A stretch of DNA of 64,000 nucleotides from a virus, in the IMG/VR virus record IMGVR_UViG_3300025093_000011, positions 49,199 through 113,198 of that record. One strand, written 5' to 3'. The position numbers were made by a program, and so were the translations under genes. This document shows, piece by piece, positions 35,837 to 46,100 of this stretch (its first letter is position 1; every line of letters begins with the position of its first letter). The notes under the pieces are model-generated. The model worked only from the letters and a program-made list of their open reading frames with translations, did not search any database and was not told the origin of the DNA.

Positions 35837-36982
35837 CTAAAATAGATCAGGTAAGTCACCCTCTTCCACTTCAGTATCTTCATCAGAACTCTCAGTATTA
35901 GATACACTAAAGTCTAAATCAAAATCAGCATCTTCTGTAATATCCGTTACAGATTCTTCAGCTATTTGCTTATCTACGATTACTTGACCTTTAATTAATT
36001 CATCTAACTCTTTGAGTTCTTCATCTTCTTGATGCTCTGGACATGAATTCATATCATCAGAGCCCAGGGGTGGGCTTGATGGTTCATCACATACTTCTGC
36101 CACTGCAGCTTCATCTTCTGCTATCTGCTCTTCAATTGTAAGTTCAGGAGTAGTTTCAACTTCTGTAGATTCGGTAACAGTTGTTTCCTCTTCAGCCTCA
36201 ACCTCTGCAATCATATCTTCTAGATCTACTTGATTAGGATCTACTTCAGGCTCTACCTCTTCTGCTTTATCAAATTTAAAAGCATCAGATATAAACCAAT
36301 GAAGAACTCTTTGATCCTCCATCCAAGTTTTAGGATGTGACTGTTGTAAAGCTAGAGTAACATGATTATAAAATGCCCATAAGCTATCAGGATTTCCATA
36401 CTTAAAACTAGGTCTAGACATTTGTTGTCTGATGATGCTAGCTTGTTCAGTAGTTAGAATCTCATGTTCAGCAAACAGGATACCAAGTAACTGAGCTTGT
36501 TGTCTTTTACTAATATGAATTTCCTTCATACTTTCTTTATCTTTAACAAGCTGCTTATAATACATATTAGCATCTTTGATTTGCTCTTTAATGGTCTCTT
36601 CAGTTTCTGTATCTGCAGTACCTGTGTGTTTACGGGCCCAAGAACCCATGTCTCCACAAACCATACTACTACCAGTTTGATTTATGTAAGCTCCAATACC
36701 ACACTTAAACCTCATCTGTTTGTTATAACTGTTAGACCAGGCAAACATCATGGACAACTCAGGGTCATCCATAAACGTTAATCTATATACTCCTTGTGCT
36801 ATATTTCCATTTCCTGTACATCTATAATGCTCTTGATTAACTTTAAATCCGGCATTCTCTAGACATTCAATTGATAGATCTACAACTGACTTATGACTGA
36901 TTACAGTATAAGTACTTGTCTGATTTGGTAAAGCAACATCAAACAGATGCTGCTTTGTACATTCTTTAATTTTTGTTGGCAT
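35837..36982 (-). CDS. DUF932-like protein with a long acidic C-terminal tail
   Basis: TYTVISH...WSNSYNK..RFKCGIG...RKHTG...SLWAFYNHVT pattern; the last ~140 aa are E/D-rich. Confidence 0.6.
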   Translation of the reverse strand: MPTKIKECTKQHLFDVALPNQTSTYTVISHKSVVDLSIECLENAGFKVNQEHYRCTGNGNIAQGVYRLTFMDDPELSMMFAWSNSYNKQMRFKCGIGAYINQTGSSMVCGDMGSWARKHTGTADTETEETIKEQIKDANMYYKQLVKDKESMKEIHISKRQQAQLLGILFAEHEILTTEQASIIRQQMSRPSFKYGNPDSLWAFYNHVTLALQQSHPKTWMEDQRVLHWFISDAFKFDKAEEVEPEVDPNQVDLEDMIAEVEAEEETTVTESTEVETTPELTIEEQIAEDEAAVAEVCDEPSSPPLGSDDMNSCPEHQEDEELKELDELIKGQVIVDKQIAEESVTDITEDADFDLDFSVSNTESSDEDTEVEEGDLPDLF

Positions 36983-36984
36983 AA

Positions 36985-38967
36985 TTAAAATAATTGTAAT
37001 TGTGTTTTAACAGGTTGCAAGAGCTCTATCTCCCGCATAACCTTTTTAAGATAAAAATCATAATTTATATCATATTCTTCAAATGGCTTTTCTATGTGAT
37101 TAATAAACACAGTTTGTAACCATTTACCTGCTTCTACTTGTACAGATCTTCCATCAACATTGTTAACTTTCATAATTTTAGAACCTGTGTTTGAGATGTA
37201 GTATCTGACAGTTCCTTGAAGTTTATCAATTTTATGTTCACCATTGATAACATATTCTTCATTGAACTCCCAATTACCTCTCTTCTTAACTCCTCCACAA
37301 AAATCAAATATATTTTTGTTAGACTTAAGAGATTCTTCAGGGTCTATGTTTTTAATTAAGTAATCATATATTGCTTTCTTAACACATAAGAAACTCTTGT
37401 TTTTATGTAAAGGAAGATCTTCAAATACAAAACGTCCCTTGGACTTAACACCTGCAAAATAATACTTATCATTAAGTATCTTATACAAATAGTTAGGATT
37501 TGACTTTCTTAAATCTTCAAATACATCTTTGTGAACTTCTTTATATTCATTTATAGCAATATAGTTGTTGACATCTGCCAGTAGAACTTTCTGGTATGTA
37601 TCATGTTCAAGTTGCAAGTTTGTAATCTTTTCCCATTCTTTACAAATTTCCATATACTTATCTACATAGTTCCGTGGTATTCTTGTTTCAAGACCATCAG
37701 TATTATGCATCAAAGGAACAGCATTTGGGATACCTTCACATATCATTTCATGTAACATCATTAGACTCAATTGTCCATTGATAGTTATCTTCATTGTAAG
37801 TTCAGGGTCATATAGAAAACTATTTGCATCATTACTTAAACCATAAGTACTATTTAATACAATCTTATAAACATAATTTCTAGGGTCAGATTTAGGAATC
37901 TTTTTTCTTTCTTTGAAAAACCATTCATACTGATCAGTGAACTCTTCTTTAGGAAGATGTAATGGTGCCCACTTGTTTTTAATAGCTAGATTAGGATAAA
38001 AACTTGTAACATCTGAAGACATTATAACATGATTATCATCAGAAACATATACTTCTTTTCTAGCTCCGTGTACACCACCGAGACCAAAATGAGTTGTTAT
38101 ATTCTTATATCTAACTTTATATTTGAAATTACCTTTTAGATCATTTGCATCTAGTACCAGGTCATTAAACTTATTAACTAATCTTTGAAATGTAGCTGTC
38201 TTAAAATTAATATAAGGCAGAATTAAATCTTTAACTATAAGTTCATTACGATATGTTCTCAATTGCTTGAGGTCATATTTCTTTATACCTGTTTTCTCAC
38301 TAAGGAAAAGTGAAAACAGTTCTTTAGCTATTCTTGGTTCAGATGCACTATATAAATCTATATTATATTCTTCTGTCAATGCTCTCCTAAGTTCTATCTG
38401 TTTTTTACTTTTAAACATGATAGCTTTAGTTGACTTGACATCATTAATACAATAAGTTATTATGTCATCTACCTGCTCTTTAGTTTTAATTTCAGTACTG
38501 TGATGGATAGGCATATCTTGTATGTTCTTCCAATCCATAGTATACTGAATCCACTTAAGACTAGACCTCTTAGCTGCATTATCCCAATGATTTAGTTTAA
38601 ATACATCTACTTGTCTGATCTGTAAGTGCCAAGGTGCAAATTCAGAGAATTCTCCTTCATTCTGCCTTTGAATTATACTTTGAGCTTTTCCATATAAAAA
38701 TAAAGCTATTTCCTCCCCTGGCATTTCCAGGAGTTGTTCTTTATTTCTTAATACATGTTCTGTAATTTGAGCATCAAAAGACAAACCATTAAAAGATACA
38801 TGCCATTCATTCAATAAAATATTCTTTTCTAGAAATGTAATAAATTCTAGAATATCATTTCTTGAATTATGAATAACAAATATCTCACGGTCATCACTTT
38901 TGATATCTTCAAATACTCCTATGAAACAATTGAGTAAAGTTTCATAGTCCATAACATAATGACTCAT
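36985..38967 (-). CDS. polB: DNA polymerase family B with 3'-5' exonuclease
   Basis: Exonuclease motifs DYE, FNGLSFD, YCINDV; polymerase motifs DVTSFYP, KIVLNSTYG, NTDG; C-terminal QLQLF. Confidence 0.92.
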   Translation of the reverse strand: MSHYVMDYETLLNCFIGVFEDIKSDDREIFVIHNSRNDILEFITFLEKNILLNEWHVSFNGLSFDAQITEHVLRNKEQLLEMPGEEIALFLYGKAQSIIQRQNEGEFSEFAPWHLQIRQVDVFKLNHWDNAAKRSSLKWIQYTMDWKNIQDMPIHHSTEIKTKEQVDDIITYCINDVKSTKAIMFKSKKQIELRRALTEEYNIDLYSASEPRIAKELFSLFLSEKTGIKKYDLKQLRTYRNELIVKDLILPYINFKTATFQRLVNKFNDLVLDANDLKGNFKYKVRYKNITTHFGLGGVHGARKEVYVSDDNHVIMSSDVTSFYPNLAIKNKWAPLHLPKEEFTDQYEWFFKERKKIPKSDPRNYVYKIVLNSTYGLSNDANSFLYDPELTMKITINGQLSLMMLHEMICEGIPNAVPLMHNTDGLETRIPRNYVDKYMEICKEWEKITNLQLEHDTYQKVLLADVNNYIAINEYKEVHKDVFEDLRKSNPNYLYKILNDKYYFAGVKSKGRFVFEDLPLHKNKSFLCVKKAIYDYLIKNIDPEESLKSNKNIFDFCGGVKKRGNWEFNEEYVINGEHKIDKLQGTVRYYISNTGSKIMKVNNVDGRSVQVEAGKWLQTVFINHIEKPFEEYDINYDFYLKKVMREIELLQPVKTQLQLF

Positions 38968-38973
38968 ATTTTA

Positions 38974-39312
38974 TTATTTATAAAGTTGTAGTTCTCTTAA
39001 CCTACGTTTTACGGGAATCTTTAAATGTGAATCTACAAAAGACTGCTTACTTAACCATTCTAAGTATTGTTCATCTTTACAGTTTCTTATTAAAGAACCT
39101 TTATGTTTTCCAAAAGGAAATCTTCTAACTTTAAATGTACGAGTTTCTTTTACAGTAGAATATCTGAATCTATATTTTTTATTATTAAAATTTAGTTCAA
39201 TATTCTTTTCTGCACTCTCTTTAATTTTAGATGCAGGTATATTAAGAACTTCTCCCGCTAACTTCATTGATTCAAAGTTTTGCCGGGAGTAGACATCATA
39301 TACAGCTATCAT
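38974..39312 (-). CDS. Small protein: NUMOD1-like N-terminus plus FPFGKHKG domain (DUF3820/ExoX C-terminal-like)
   Basis: FESMKLAGEVLNI; FPFGKHKG...YLEWL. Confidence 0.55.
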   Translation of the reverse strand: MIAVYDVYSRQNFESMKLAGEVLNIPASKIKESAEKNIELNFNNKKYRFRYSTVKETRTFKVRRFPFGKHKGSLIRNCKDEQYLEWLSKQSFVDSHLKIPVKRRLRELQLYK

Positions 39313-39695
39313 ACTTTTTCAACAACTGCAGCTACTGAGGGTTTATCTTTTTTACTTTCTAAAAAACTTTTAAGACTAAACTTTTTAGCATTCACAGCAA
39401 AGATGTTTACAATTTCTTTTATAGAGTCTGCATCTTCAATGTAGTACTCTTGAAAAGTTTCAATTGATGTTCTTTGTTGTTTAGCTCCTCTATTACCGCT
39501 GATAGCTTTTCCATACTCATCTAGTTTAGGTAACATATGTAATGCAGTTTTAACTGTCTTACCTATAATTACAAAAACTTTTGATGTTGGATCAAATATA
39601 CATTCTACATATGGACAATCATTACTGATAGGTACCATTTTAAAAGTTTGTGTTTCTTGCCAGGTTGATTTAACCAGGATCATTGAATTTTCCAT
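39309..39695 (-). CDS. Hypothetical protein
   Basis: Likely start MENSMILV at 39695 after an A-rich leader. Confidence 0.65.
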   Translation of the reverse strand: MENSMILVKSTWQETQTFKMVPISNDCPYVECIFDPTSKVFVIIGKTVKTALHMLPKLDEYGKAISGNRGAKQQRTSIETFQEYYIEDADSIKEIVNIFAVNAKKFSLKSFLESKKDKPSVAAVVEKV

Positions 39696-39778
39696 GTTGA
39701 TTTTTTTTATAAAATTAATCAATAATTTTGATATTATCTAAATTAGCTACCTCCATTACTAACTTTTCTTTCTCAAGG

Positions 39779-40282
39779 TCAGGTTTGGCTACAGAGTTCA
39801 CCTACAGATTCTATCATTTTTACGTCTACATTTAAACAGTTTGCATAGTCTTCAAAGTACTTTTCTGGATACAAATAACTTTTCATATATACATAGTTAC
39901 CTGTATGAGGATTAAAGAAGCTCATGATATCTCCTTTTACTTTTGTACTAATCATACTATACTTACCATCTAAAAACAATTGCCAATCATATTCTAAATC
40001 AGAAAAATCAAACACAAAAATTCTATTTGATTTGTCAACCATTATACAATCATGTAACCGGTTATGTTTGAGTAATATATTCTTCTCAAACTTTTTATAC
40101 TCAACATCTTCTCTTGGATGATATAAACATACTAGCTTCATATCATTAGGAGAAACTGAATCATTCCAAGCAAGATAAGTCTCACTTGGAATAACACTTG
40201 TACCTCTTTTAATTCCAAGGAGTGGGTACAAGAACACCTTAGATTTTTGAAAATATTTCTTATATACTGATTTTATTCCCAT
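39779..40282 (-). CDS. Hypothetical protein; probably extends to 39715 across a 1-nt frameshift
   Basis: 167-aa ORF. The adjacent frame continues KPDLEKEKLVMEV...IID* and fills the gap to the next gene. Confidence 0.65.
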   Translation of the reverse strand: MGIKSVYKKYFQKSKVFLYPLLGIKRGTSVIPSETYLAWNDSVSPNDMKLVCLYHPREDVEYKKFEKNILLKHNRLHDCIMVDKSNRIFVFDFSDLEYDWQLFLDGKYSMISTKVKGDIMSFFNPHTGNYVYMKSYLYPEKYFEDYANCLNVDVKMIESVGELCSQT

Positions 40283-40286
40283 GTTT

Positions 40287-41321
40287 TTATAATTTAATAG
40301 TTCCTGTTGCTAATTCATAAGGCAGATCATAATTTTTATTTACATAATGAAAATCTAATACCGGTAGTACTAAATTTCTAAAGTCAACCAACCATTCTTT
40401 CATAGTTTTAGCACTTACTTGAAATGGATATACTTGATTATATTTGTCTATTACAACAAAAGTAAAGTTAATTGTCCACTCCAACTTATCTTTTCTATTG
40501 TTTATATACTTATAAAACGCAAGTTGATAGTAAATAGATGCTTGGATCCAATATTTATAGTAGTCTACTGAATCAGGAAATTCTACTAGTGGTTTACCCG
40601 TAGTCTTTAAATCATTAATAAATAAATTCTTAGTGTCTTCATCTATAACAACGTTATCTAAGATACCTTTAAATCCAAAGGGTGCATCATTAAAGAATAA
40701 ATTTTCATCAGATATCAATCCTATTTCATTATAAACAGTTATATGAGTATCCTCTTCACTTTTATTAAATCCTAACAAAGTTTTTACATTATCATTTGCA
40801 TTTAGAGCATTAACACTTTCCTGACAATAGTCTATTGTTTCATTATCTACTAAAGTTTTACCTTTAGCCTTCTTTAAGAAATCAAAATATTTAACATTAT
40901 CATCTGTTAGAATTTTCTTTAACCTTGCTTCATCAGTTTTAAGCTTTTGGTGCAAGTTTATCTTTTCTAATAAATCTAATATTTCTTTTTCAAAAAGTCG
41001 TAATGATAATGATTCATCTGCAAGCTCTGTATAGATTTTAAAAATCTCATCTACAATCATTCTATTATTACCTGAAGGTAATTTGCTAGGAATTGTTATA
41101 AATTCCTTATCAAAGTCTTCAGGATTCAAAAGCAAGCAGTGAATGACCCTACCTTTTACAAGGTGAGGGTCAACACTATCTTCTCTTTCATTTAAAATAT
41201 AATGAGAATAAAACATTCTTGGTGAGAACAAGAGTTTATTTATTCCACTGTAACTAAAATAAAATTTATTTTTATAAAATTGTTCTAATTCACTAGAACC
41301 AGTCAAAGTCTGTGTCTGCAT
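40287..41321 (-). CDS. PD-(D/E)xK exonuclease (RecE/ExoVIII-like)
   Basis: FSYSGINKL, GRVIH, KGILDN...INDLKTT, YWIQASIY. Confidence 0.8.
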   Translation of the reverse strand: MQTQTLTGSSELEQFYKNKFYFSYSGINKLLFSPRMFYSHYILNEREDSVDPHLVKGRVIHCLLLNPEDFDKEFITIPSKLPSGNNRMIVDEIFKIYTELADESLSLRLFEKEILDLLEKINLHQKLKTDEARLKKILTDDNVKYFDFLKKAKGKTLVDNETIDYCQESVNALNANDNVKTLLGFNKSEEDTHITVYNEIGLISDENLFFNDAPFGFKGILDNVVIDEDTKNLFINDLKTTGKPLVEFPDSVDYYKYWIQASIYYQLAFYKYINNRKDKLEWTINFTFVVIDKYNQVYPFQVSAKTMKEWLVDFRNLVLPVLDFHYVNKNYDLPYELATGTIKL

Positions 41322-42780
41322 TTTTAGTTTGTGTTTTTGAATTATTAGGTTGTGATCCTGTTTCTACCAGGGACCTTTCTGGTTCAGAAACTACTTCTTC
41401 TTCAGTAATTTCTTCTTCTGTGTCTTCATTAGACTCTACTACAGGTACTACTTCTTCTATAGCTTCAATAGATGCTTTTTCTTCAACATTTGCTGAATCC
41501 GGATCACCAGTCTCATGATCTGAATTTTCTGAAATAGTTGGGTCTTCTTCAGGAATTCTTTCAACATCACTTCTTTCATAAGAATACTGTGTATCCTTTG
41601 TCCAATAGAAACCTGTGTTTGCTGCAGTCTCAGTACTAAGTGTGTAAGTCTTAGGTTTAATGAACTCACTATACCCACCCCTATTAAAAAACTCAACATT
41701 TTCTTCCATTATGATTTCTAAAGCTTCCTTACTTAATGCATCATGATTTATTAAACCTCTAATCAGTGTATCCACATGTTGATTGTAATAATTATCCTTA
41801 CCCAAATAACTTTTAAGAGACTTAAAGTTTACATGATTTTTAGATCTACAATATTGTATATGATGGTTATGATGATAATATAAAAGTTCTAACCACAGGA
41901 TGCTTTCTTTATAATTACAATTAGCCATAATTTCCATAGCAAGAACATGATTTTCATTATCAGAACTCATAAACATATTTCTTAAATTCTGATAGGTATC
42001 CTTATCAATAGTTGTAGAGTCTTCACCATTAACTACCTCAAGCAAACCATTCTGATCAATTATTGTTTTATCACCTATGTTTTCAAGAAATTCAAGGTTA
42101 TGATCACTTATAACAAAGCAGTGTTGACTATTTCTTTGTACATTATGTTGAGGATTAGCATTAGTTAAAAGATGATCTTTCCAAGCTTGTTCTTTGAGCT
42201 TTAAAAATTCACTAGGATTATGAGTATTACCTTTACTATATAATCTTGAAGCACTCCAGTCACATAATATATAAAAGTTTTCACCATTCTCTTCTACATA
42301 TGCTTCTAAGACTTTATTAAAAGCTTTAACTTCTTTTTGACAATAATAACCACCGTGTTCCTCCCACTGATCTTTCATATAGTCTATACATGCTGCATAT
42401 ACCTTATATGGTATTTTATAATACCATTCAGCTTTTACTAATTTATCATTAGCAGCAGAACTTCCCACAACAACAGTTGCTTTATCTATTTCAGTAGTTG
42501 TTCTAATTTTATACTTTACAGATAAGTCTTTAAGTTTTACTCTAGGGACAGTACATCCCTTCATAAAATAAATTCTATCTTTCATTTGAGGAACATATGT
42601 TTTTGCCTCAAGGTCTACAAGATTTCTAGGTGTATCAAAACCCTCTTCATCTTTTTGTACAACATTAATAAGATATTGATTTTCACTTTCATAGTTTAAC
42701 TCAGTAAACTCTACGTTATTATACTCATCTCTTCTGGCATTCCAGGTCAGTTTTAAAAAAGGTATTTTCTTTGTTTTCAT
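41293..42780 (-). CDS. Hypothetical protein with a possible BRCT-like N-terminal region and an acidic tail
   Basis: 495 aa; IYFMKGCTVPRVKLKDL...KATVVV; tail ends DFDWF. Confidence 0.65.
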   Translation of the reverse strand: MKTKKIPFLKLTWNARRDEYNNVEFTELNYESENQYLINVVQKDEEGFDTPRNLVDLEAKTYVPQMKDRIYFMKGCTVPRVKLKDLSVKYKIRTTTEIDKATVVVGSSAANDKLVKAEWYYKIPYKVYAACIDYMKDQWEEHGGYYCQKEVKAFNKVLEAYVEENGENFYILCDWSASRLYSKGNTHNPSEFLKLKEQAWKDHLLTNANPQHNVQRNSQHCFVISDHNLEFLENIGDKTIIDQNGLLEVVNGEDSTTIDKDTYQNLRNMFMSSDNENHVLAMEIMANCNYKESILWLELLYYHHNHHIQYCRSKNHVNFKSLKSYLGKDNYYNQHVDTLIRGLINHDALSKEALEIIMEENVEFFNRGGYSEFIKPKTYTLSTETAANTGFYWTKDTQYSYERSDVERIPEEDPTISENSDHETGDPDSANVEEKASIEAIEEVVPVVESNEDTEEEITEEEVVSEPERSLVETGSQPNNSKTQTKNADTDFDWF

Positions 42781-42795
42781 TTTTAATAGTTGGTT

Positions 42796-42820
42796 AAAAA
42801 GGGAGACTTGAGCCTCCCTT
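42796..42820 (-). terminator. Intrinsic terminator/attenuator
   Basis: AAGGGAG-N8-CTCCCTT with a U-tract on the - strand. Confidence 0.55.
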
Positions 42821-42877
42821 ATCTGTTGATTAAAATTGTTTAATAATTAGTAAAAAAGGAAGCTGTCTAACTGTGAT

Positions 42878-44050
42878 TTACTTCACAGCCATTGCCACCA
42901 CCTTTTGATTTAACATTAGTTTTGAGAACTTAGCTTTATTACCATTTATGATTTCCTTAACCATATAGTATCTCAAATCATCAGTAAAGGCTTTACTATC
43001 TGTAGTTAATTGAACAAGTCTGTCAATCATCTTTTGAGGTATAGAACCTTTGCTAGCTTTAATTAAAGAATAGTTAATAATTCTAGTTGTAATTATACTA
43101 GATATATCAGCTCTGAATTCATCTCCTGTTCCAATACAAGAGTTTAAGCTTCCACTTACATATTCCCAATTATCATTTTCTAGAATTTGCTGAGGACTAA
43201 TAATCTTATCAAGTTGATTATTAATAAACATAGTAAACATGCTACTAAATTCATCTCCTACAGATCCTTCACCAATCATTTGAATTAGAGGTAATTGCTC
43301 TTCAAACTTTTCAATAGAACTGATAGAGTTAAAGAATGTAGTTACACTTCTAGGATTAACATCCTTACTAACTAGTTCAGGATGCATTAATAAGAAGTTA
43401 ATACATCTACCATCAATCTTTACAGTCTCAGCCCACTTAGCCCATACATCTGCATCAAACTTTACTGCAGTAGAAATAAATCTAGTTCTCTGAGCTGTAT
43501 CTAATGCTGTAACATTATAGTCACCATTGTCTGGATTAGTAGTAAGAAGTACATGCCAGTTCTTTGGAAGACTCCAAGAAATATACTCTTGTCTGTCAAT
43601 CAATTCCATAGTAGCTTGCATGAATCTATGGTCAGCTCTAGTATAATCATCTAATACTAAGAACCCACCTTCACCTTTACCTTGAATCCACTCAGGTGCA
43701 GCATGAGACATTCTCTTGTCTACAACTTTGTAACCTTTCTTCATAGCAACATCTACTTGAGCTTCATTTATCCAAGTAGTTTTACCATCTTTATTTTGAA
43801 TTTGGAATTCTTTAACAGGAAAACCAACAAGATCACCTAACTCCTCTATCTGTGATAAGTTAATCTTAACTACATCCATCTCAAGTTCTTCTCCTAATTG
43901 CATAATAGCAGAAGTTTTACCAAGACCAGCATCACCTTCAATATTTACAGCAACAGGAACTTTTCCTTCTGCTTGAATGTGCTGATTGTTTTTTACCATG
44001 TGCTTTAAAAAGTCTTTTAATTCATTAACGTTTAATTGTGTCTCACTCAT
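42878..44050 (-). CDS. MoxR-like AAA+ ATPase
   Basis: Walker A GDAGLGKT, Walker B LVLDD, TTNP, AQRTRF; adjacent to a vWA gene. Confidence 0.85.
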   Translation of the reverse strand: MSETQLNVNELKDFLKHMVKNNQHIQAEGKVPVAVNIEGDAGLGKTSAIMQLGEELEMDVVKINLSQIEELGDLVGFPVKEFQIQNKDGKTTWINEAQVDVAMKKGYKVVDKRMSHAAPEWIQGKGEGGFLVLDDYTRADHRFMQATMELIDRQEYISWSLPKNWHVLLTTNPDNGDYNVTALDTAQRTRFISTAVKFDADVWAKWAETVKIDGRCINFLLMHPELVSKDVNPRSVTTFFNSISSIEKFEEQLPLIQMIGEGSVGDEFSSMFTMFINNQLDKIISPQQILENDNWEYVSGSLNSCIGTGDEFRADISSIITTRIINYSLIKASKGSIPQKMIDRLVQLTTDSKAFTDDLRYYMVKEIINGNKAKFSKLMLNQKVVAMAVK

Positions 44051-44060
44051 CTTTTTTAAT

Positions 44061-45272
44061 TTAAAGTTCTAATTTAATTTGTTTACCAGGCAAGCTTTCA
44101 TTATAACTGGATCTCTCCGATAATACCCAAAGTACTTGCTTCTTTGGTTTAATGTCTGTAAATGCTTCACCATCAGTGAAATATATAAGACTTGTATATT
44201 TATTATGCTCATTGTAATATTCAAGAACAGGGTTAAATTCAGTTCCACCTCTACCGGAAACTTCTAACTCAAATTTCCCATCATATTCTTTTATAGACTG
44301 TATTCTAGTATCACACTGTATAATTGTAATACTCACTCCACACTTATATAAATGATATATTTCATTCATAAACTCCTTTAACTCTTCATCTTCTACTGAA
44401 GCTGATGTATCAATTGCTAATAACATCTGTTGCCTCATCTTTATCTTAAGTCCGGGATTATCAGAAAATCTTCTATTCTCTTTTCTCCTCAACTTTCTAG
44501 TAAAGATCTTTGTACTTATACCTGTGAATCTTTTAATATATGCTTTCCAATTAAACTTAGGTGGAATAATCTCTTCTAGTTTAATTAAACCCTCAATCTC
44601 ACCTGGTATATAACCTCTCTTCTTAATTGTCTGTTCCTTAGCTTCAGTAAGAACTCTTTGAATTTGTTTTTCAATAAGTTTCTTTTCAGCTTCAGGCATG
44701 TCTTCAAACTCACCCCATGCATGATCAGGGATTTCTACATCACCTTTTTCATCTAGAGTAACTGTCATCTGACCTTGTTCCATACCATCAAGAACTTTAT
44801 CCATGTTCTTATCTCCACAAGTACCATTACACTTCTTATCTTCTTGAGCTTGTTTAAGCTGATCATAATAATATCTAGAACCAGCTCTCCTATCTAGATC
44901 AAGATCATCATAATCATCTATATCTATACCACCTTCAGGCAGCCAATCTTTAGATATATACTGATTAATCTCCATATCCATTGCAATATTAGCCAACTTC
45001 TTGTCTTCAAATAATTCAAAGGCAGTCAGGTGATTAAATGCAATATGAAGTAATTCATGTTTAAGAAGACCCAGTTTCTTGATATCTTCTAAACCTTGCC
45101 AAAATGTTTCATTAATAATCAACTGAAAATTAATTCCATTTTTACAAACTCCTGCAGTAGGAATTTTATCTTTTGTCCATACTTTATTTAACATAAGTAG
45201 AAAGAAACCATAGTATGGTTCCCTCAGCATCAGATCTTTTGATATTCTGCTTAACGAATCTTGTTTATTCAT
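44061..45272 (-). CDS. Metallopeptidase-like + vWA domain protein (DUF2201-type)
   Basis: HELLH; MIDAS elements AIDTSAS, GRGGT, YFTDG. Confidence 0.85.
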   Translation of the reverse strand: MNKQDSLSRISKDLMLREPYYGFFLLMLNKVWTKDKIPTAGVCKNGINFQLIINETFWQGLEDIKKLGLLKHELLHIAFNHLTAFELFEDKKLANIAMDMEINQYISKDWLPEGGIDIDDYDDLDLDRRAGSRYYYDQLKQAQEDKKCNGTCGDKNMDKVLDGMEQGQMTVTLDEKGDVEIPDHAWGEFEDMPEAEKKLIEKQIQRVLTEAKEQTIKKRGYIPGEIEGLIKLEEIIPPKFNWKAYIKRFTGISTKIFTRKLRRKENRRFSDNPGLKIKMRQQMLLAIDTSASVEDEELKEFMNEIYHLYKCGVSITIIQCDTRIQSIKEYDGKFELEVSGRGGTEFNPVLEYYNEHNKYTSLIYFTDGEAFTDIKPKKQVLWVLSERSSYNESLPGKQIKLEL

Positions 45273-45645
45273 ACACTATTTTAAATTTTACTTCTTGACC
45301 TATAGTTTTAAATATTCTTTTTAAGTCTTTCATATGCTCCTCTATTAATAGCTCCTTCATATAAGGTTTATTATCATGTATACACAGATGCCAATTATGA
45401 GTTGCTATTAAACTGTTTTTAAGAGATACTCCTACTCTGATTTTTTCACATAATAATTCACTAGAAGCTTTAAAATTTTCTTGCCACTCTCCTAGAGCAG
45501 GTGCTGCATACATATACAAATAGAATATTTCTTCTTCAATCTTATTTACATCATAAGATTCCAAAATCTTGAAACCCATATACATATTATCCTTATCTGA
45601 AGAGTTTAACATATTGTAAATCTTCACCAACTTTTCTTTATCCAT
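45265..45645 (-). CDS. Hypothetical protein
   Basis: 126-aa ORF tightly packed between its neighbours. Confidence 0.65.
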   Translation of the reverse strand: MDKEKLVKIYNMLNSSDKDNMYMGFKILESYDVNKIEEEIFYLYMYAAPALGEWQENFKASSELLCEKIRVGVSLKNSLIATHNWHLCIHDNKPYMKELLIEEHMKDLKRIFKTIGQEVKFKIVYE

Positions 45646-45648
45646 AAT

Positions 45649-46080
45649 TTATTTTTGTTTATAGAATCTACCTAAGATATTAGCATTTAAGAATTCATCT
45701 TTTTCTAAAACTTCATTGATAAACTGTAGCTTAGTTTCTTGATATGTAAGTTCTGTTTTAGAGTAACATATCTTTAGAATATTTCGATGTACTACTATTC
45801 CTTTTTTATGAGCATCTTTTAACACTTTGTTACTACTAAAGTATTTTTGATAATCAAGTTTAGTGACTATCTCATACTTTTTAGTTCTTTTATCTGTTAT
45901 AGCAGCTAGAGCTTTCTTACCAAACTTTTTCTTTCTTTTAGAATAAAAGTTTTTCTTGCCAATATATTTAACATGCTTACCATCTATAATAGCTTGCATT
46001 TCATATACAAACCCCACAGCATCTTCAGGTATCATTTCTTCTAGAAACTCTTTACCTTTGTATAACCACGGATGTTTCAT
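45649..46080 (-). CDS. GIY-YIG-like endonuclease
   Basis: GFVY...KYIGKK...YFSS...E...NANI. Likely start MKHPWLY at 46080 (the track start is 46110). Confidence 0.65.
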   Translation of the reverse strand: MKHPWLYKGKEFLEEMIPEDAVGFVYEMQAIIDGKHVKYIGKKNFYSKRKKKFGKKALAAITDKRTKKYEIVTKLDYQKYFSSNKVLKDAHKKGIVVHRNILKICYSKTELTYQETKLQFINEVLEKDEFLNANILGRFYKQK

Positions 46081-46100
46081 TGAATTCTTAATTCTAGTTC

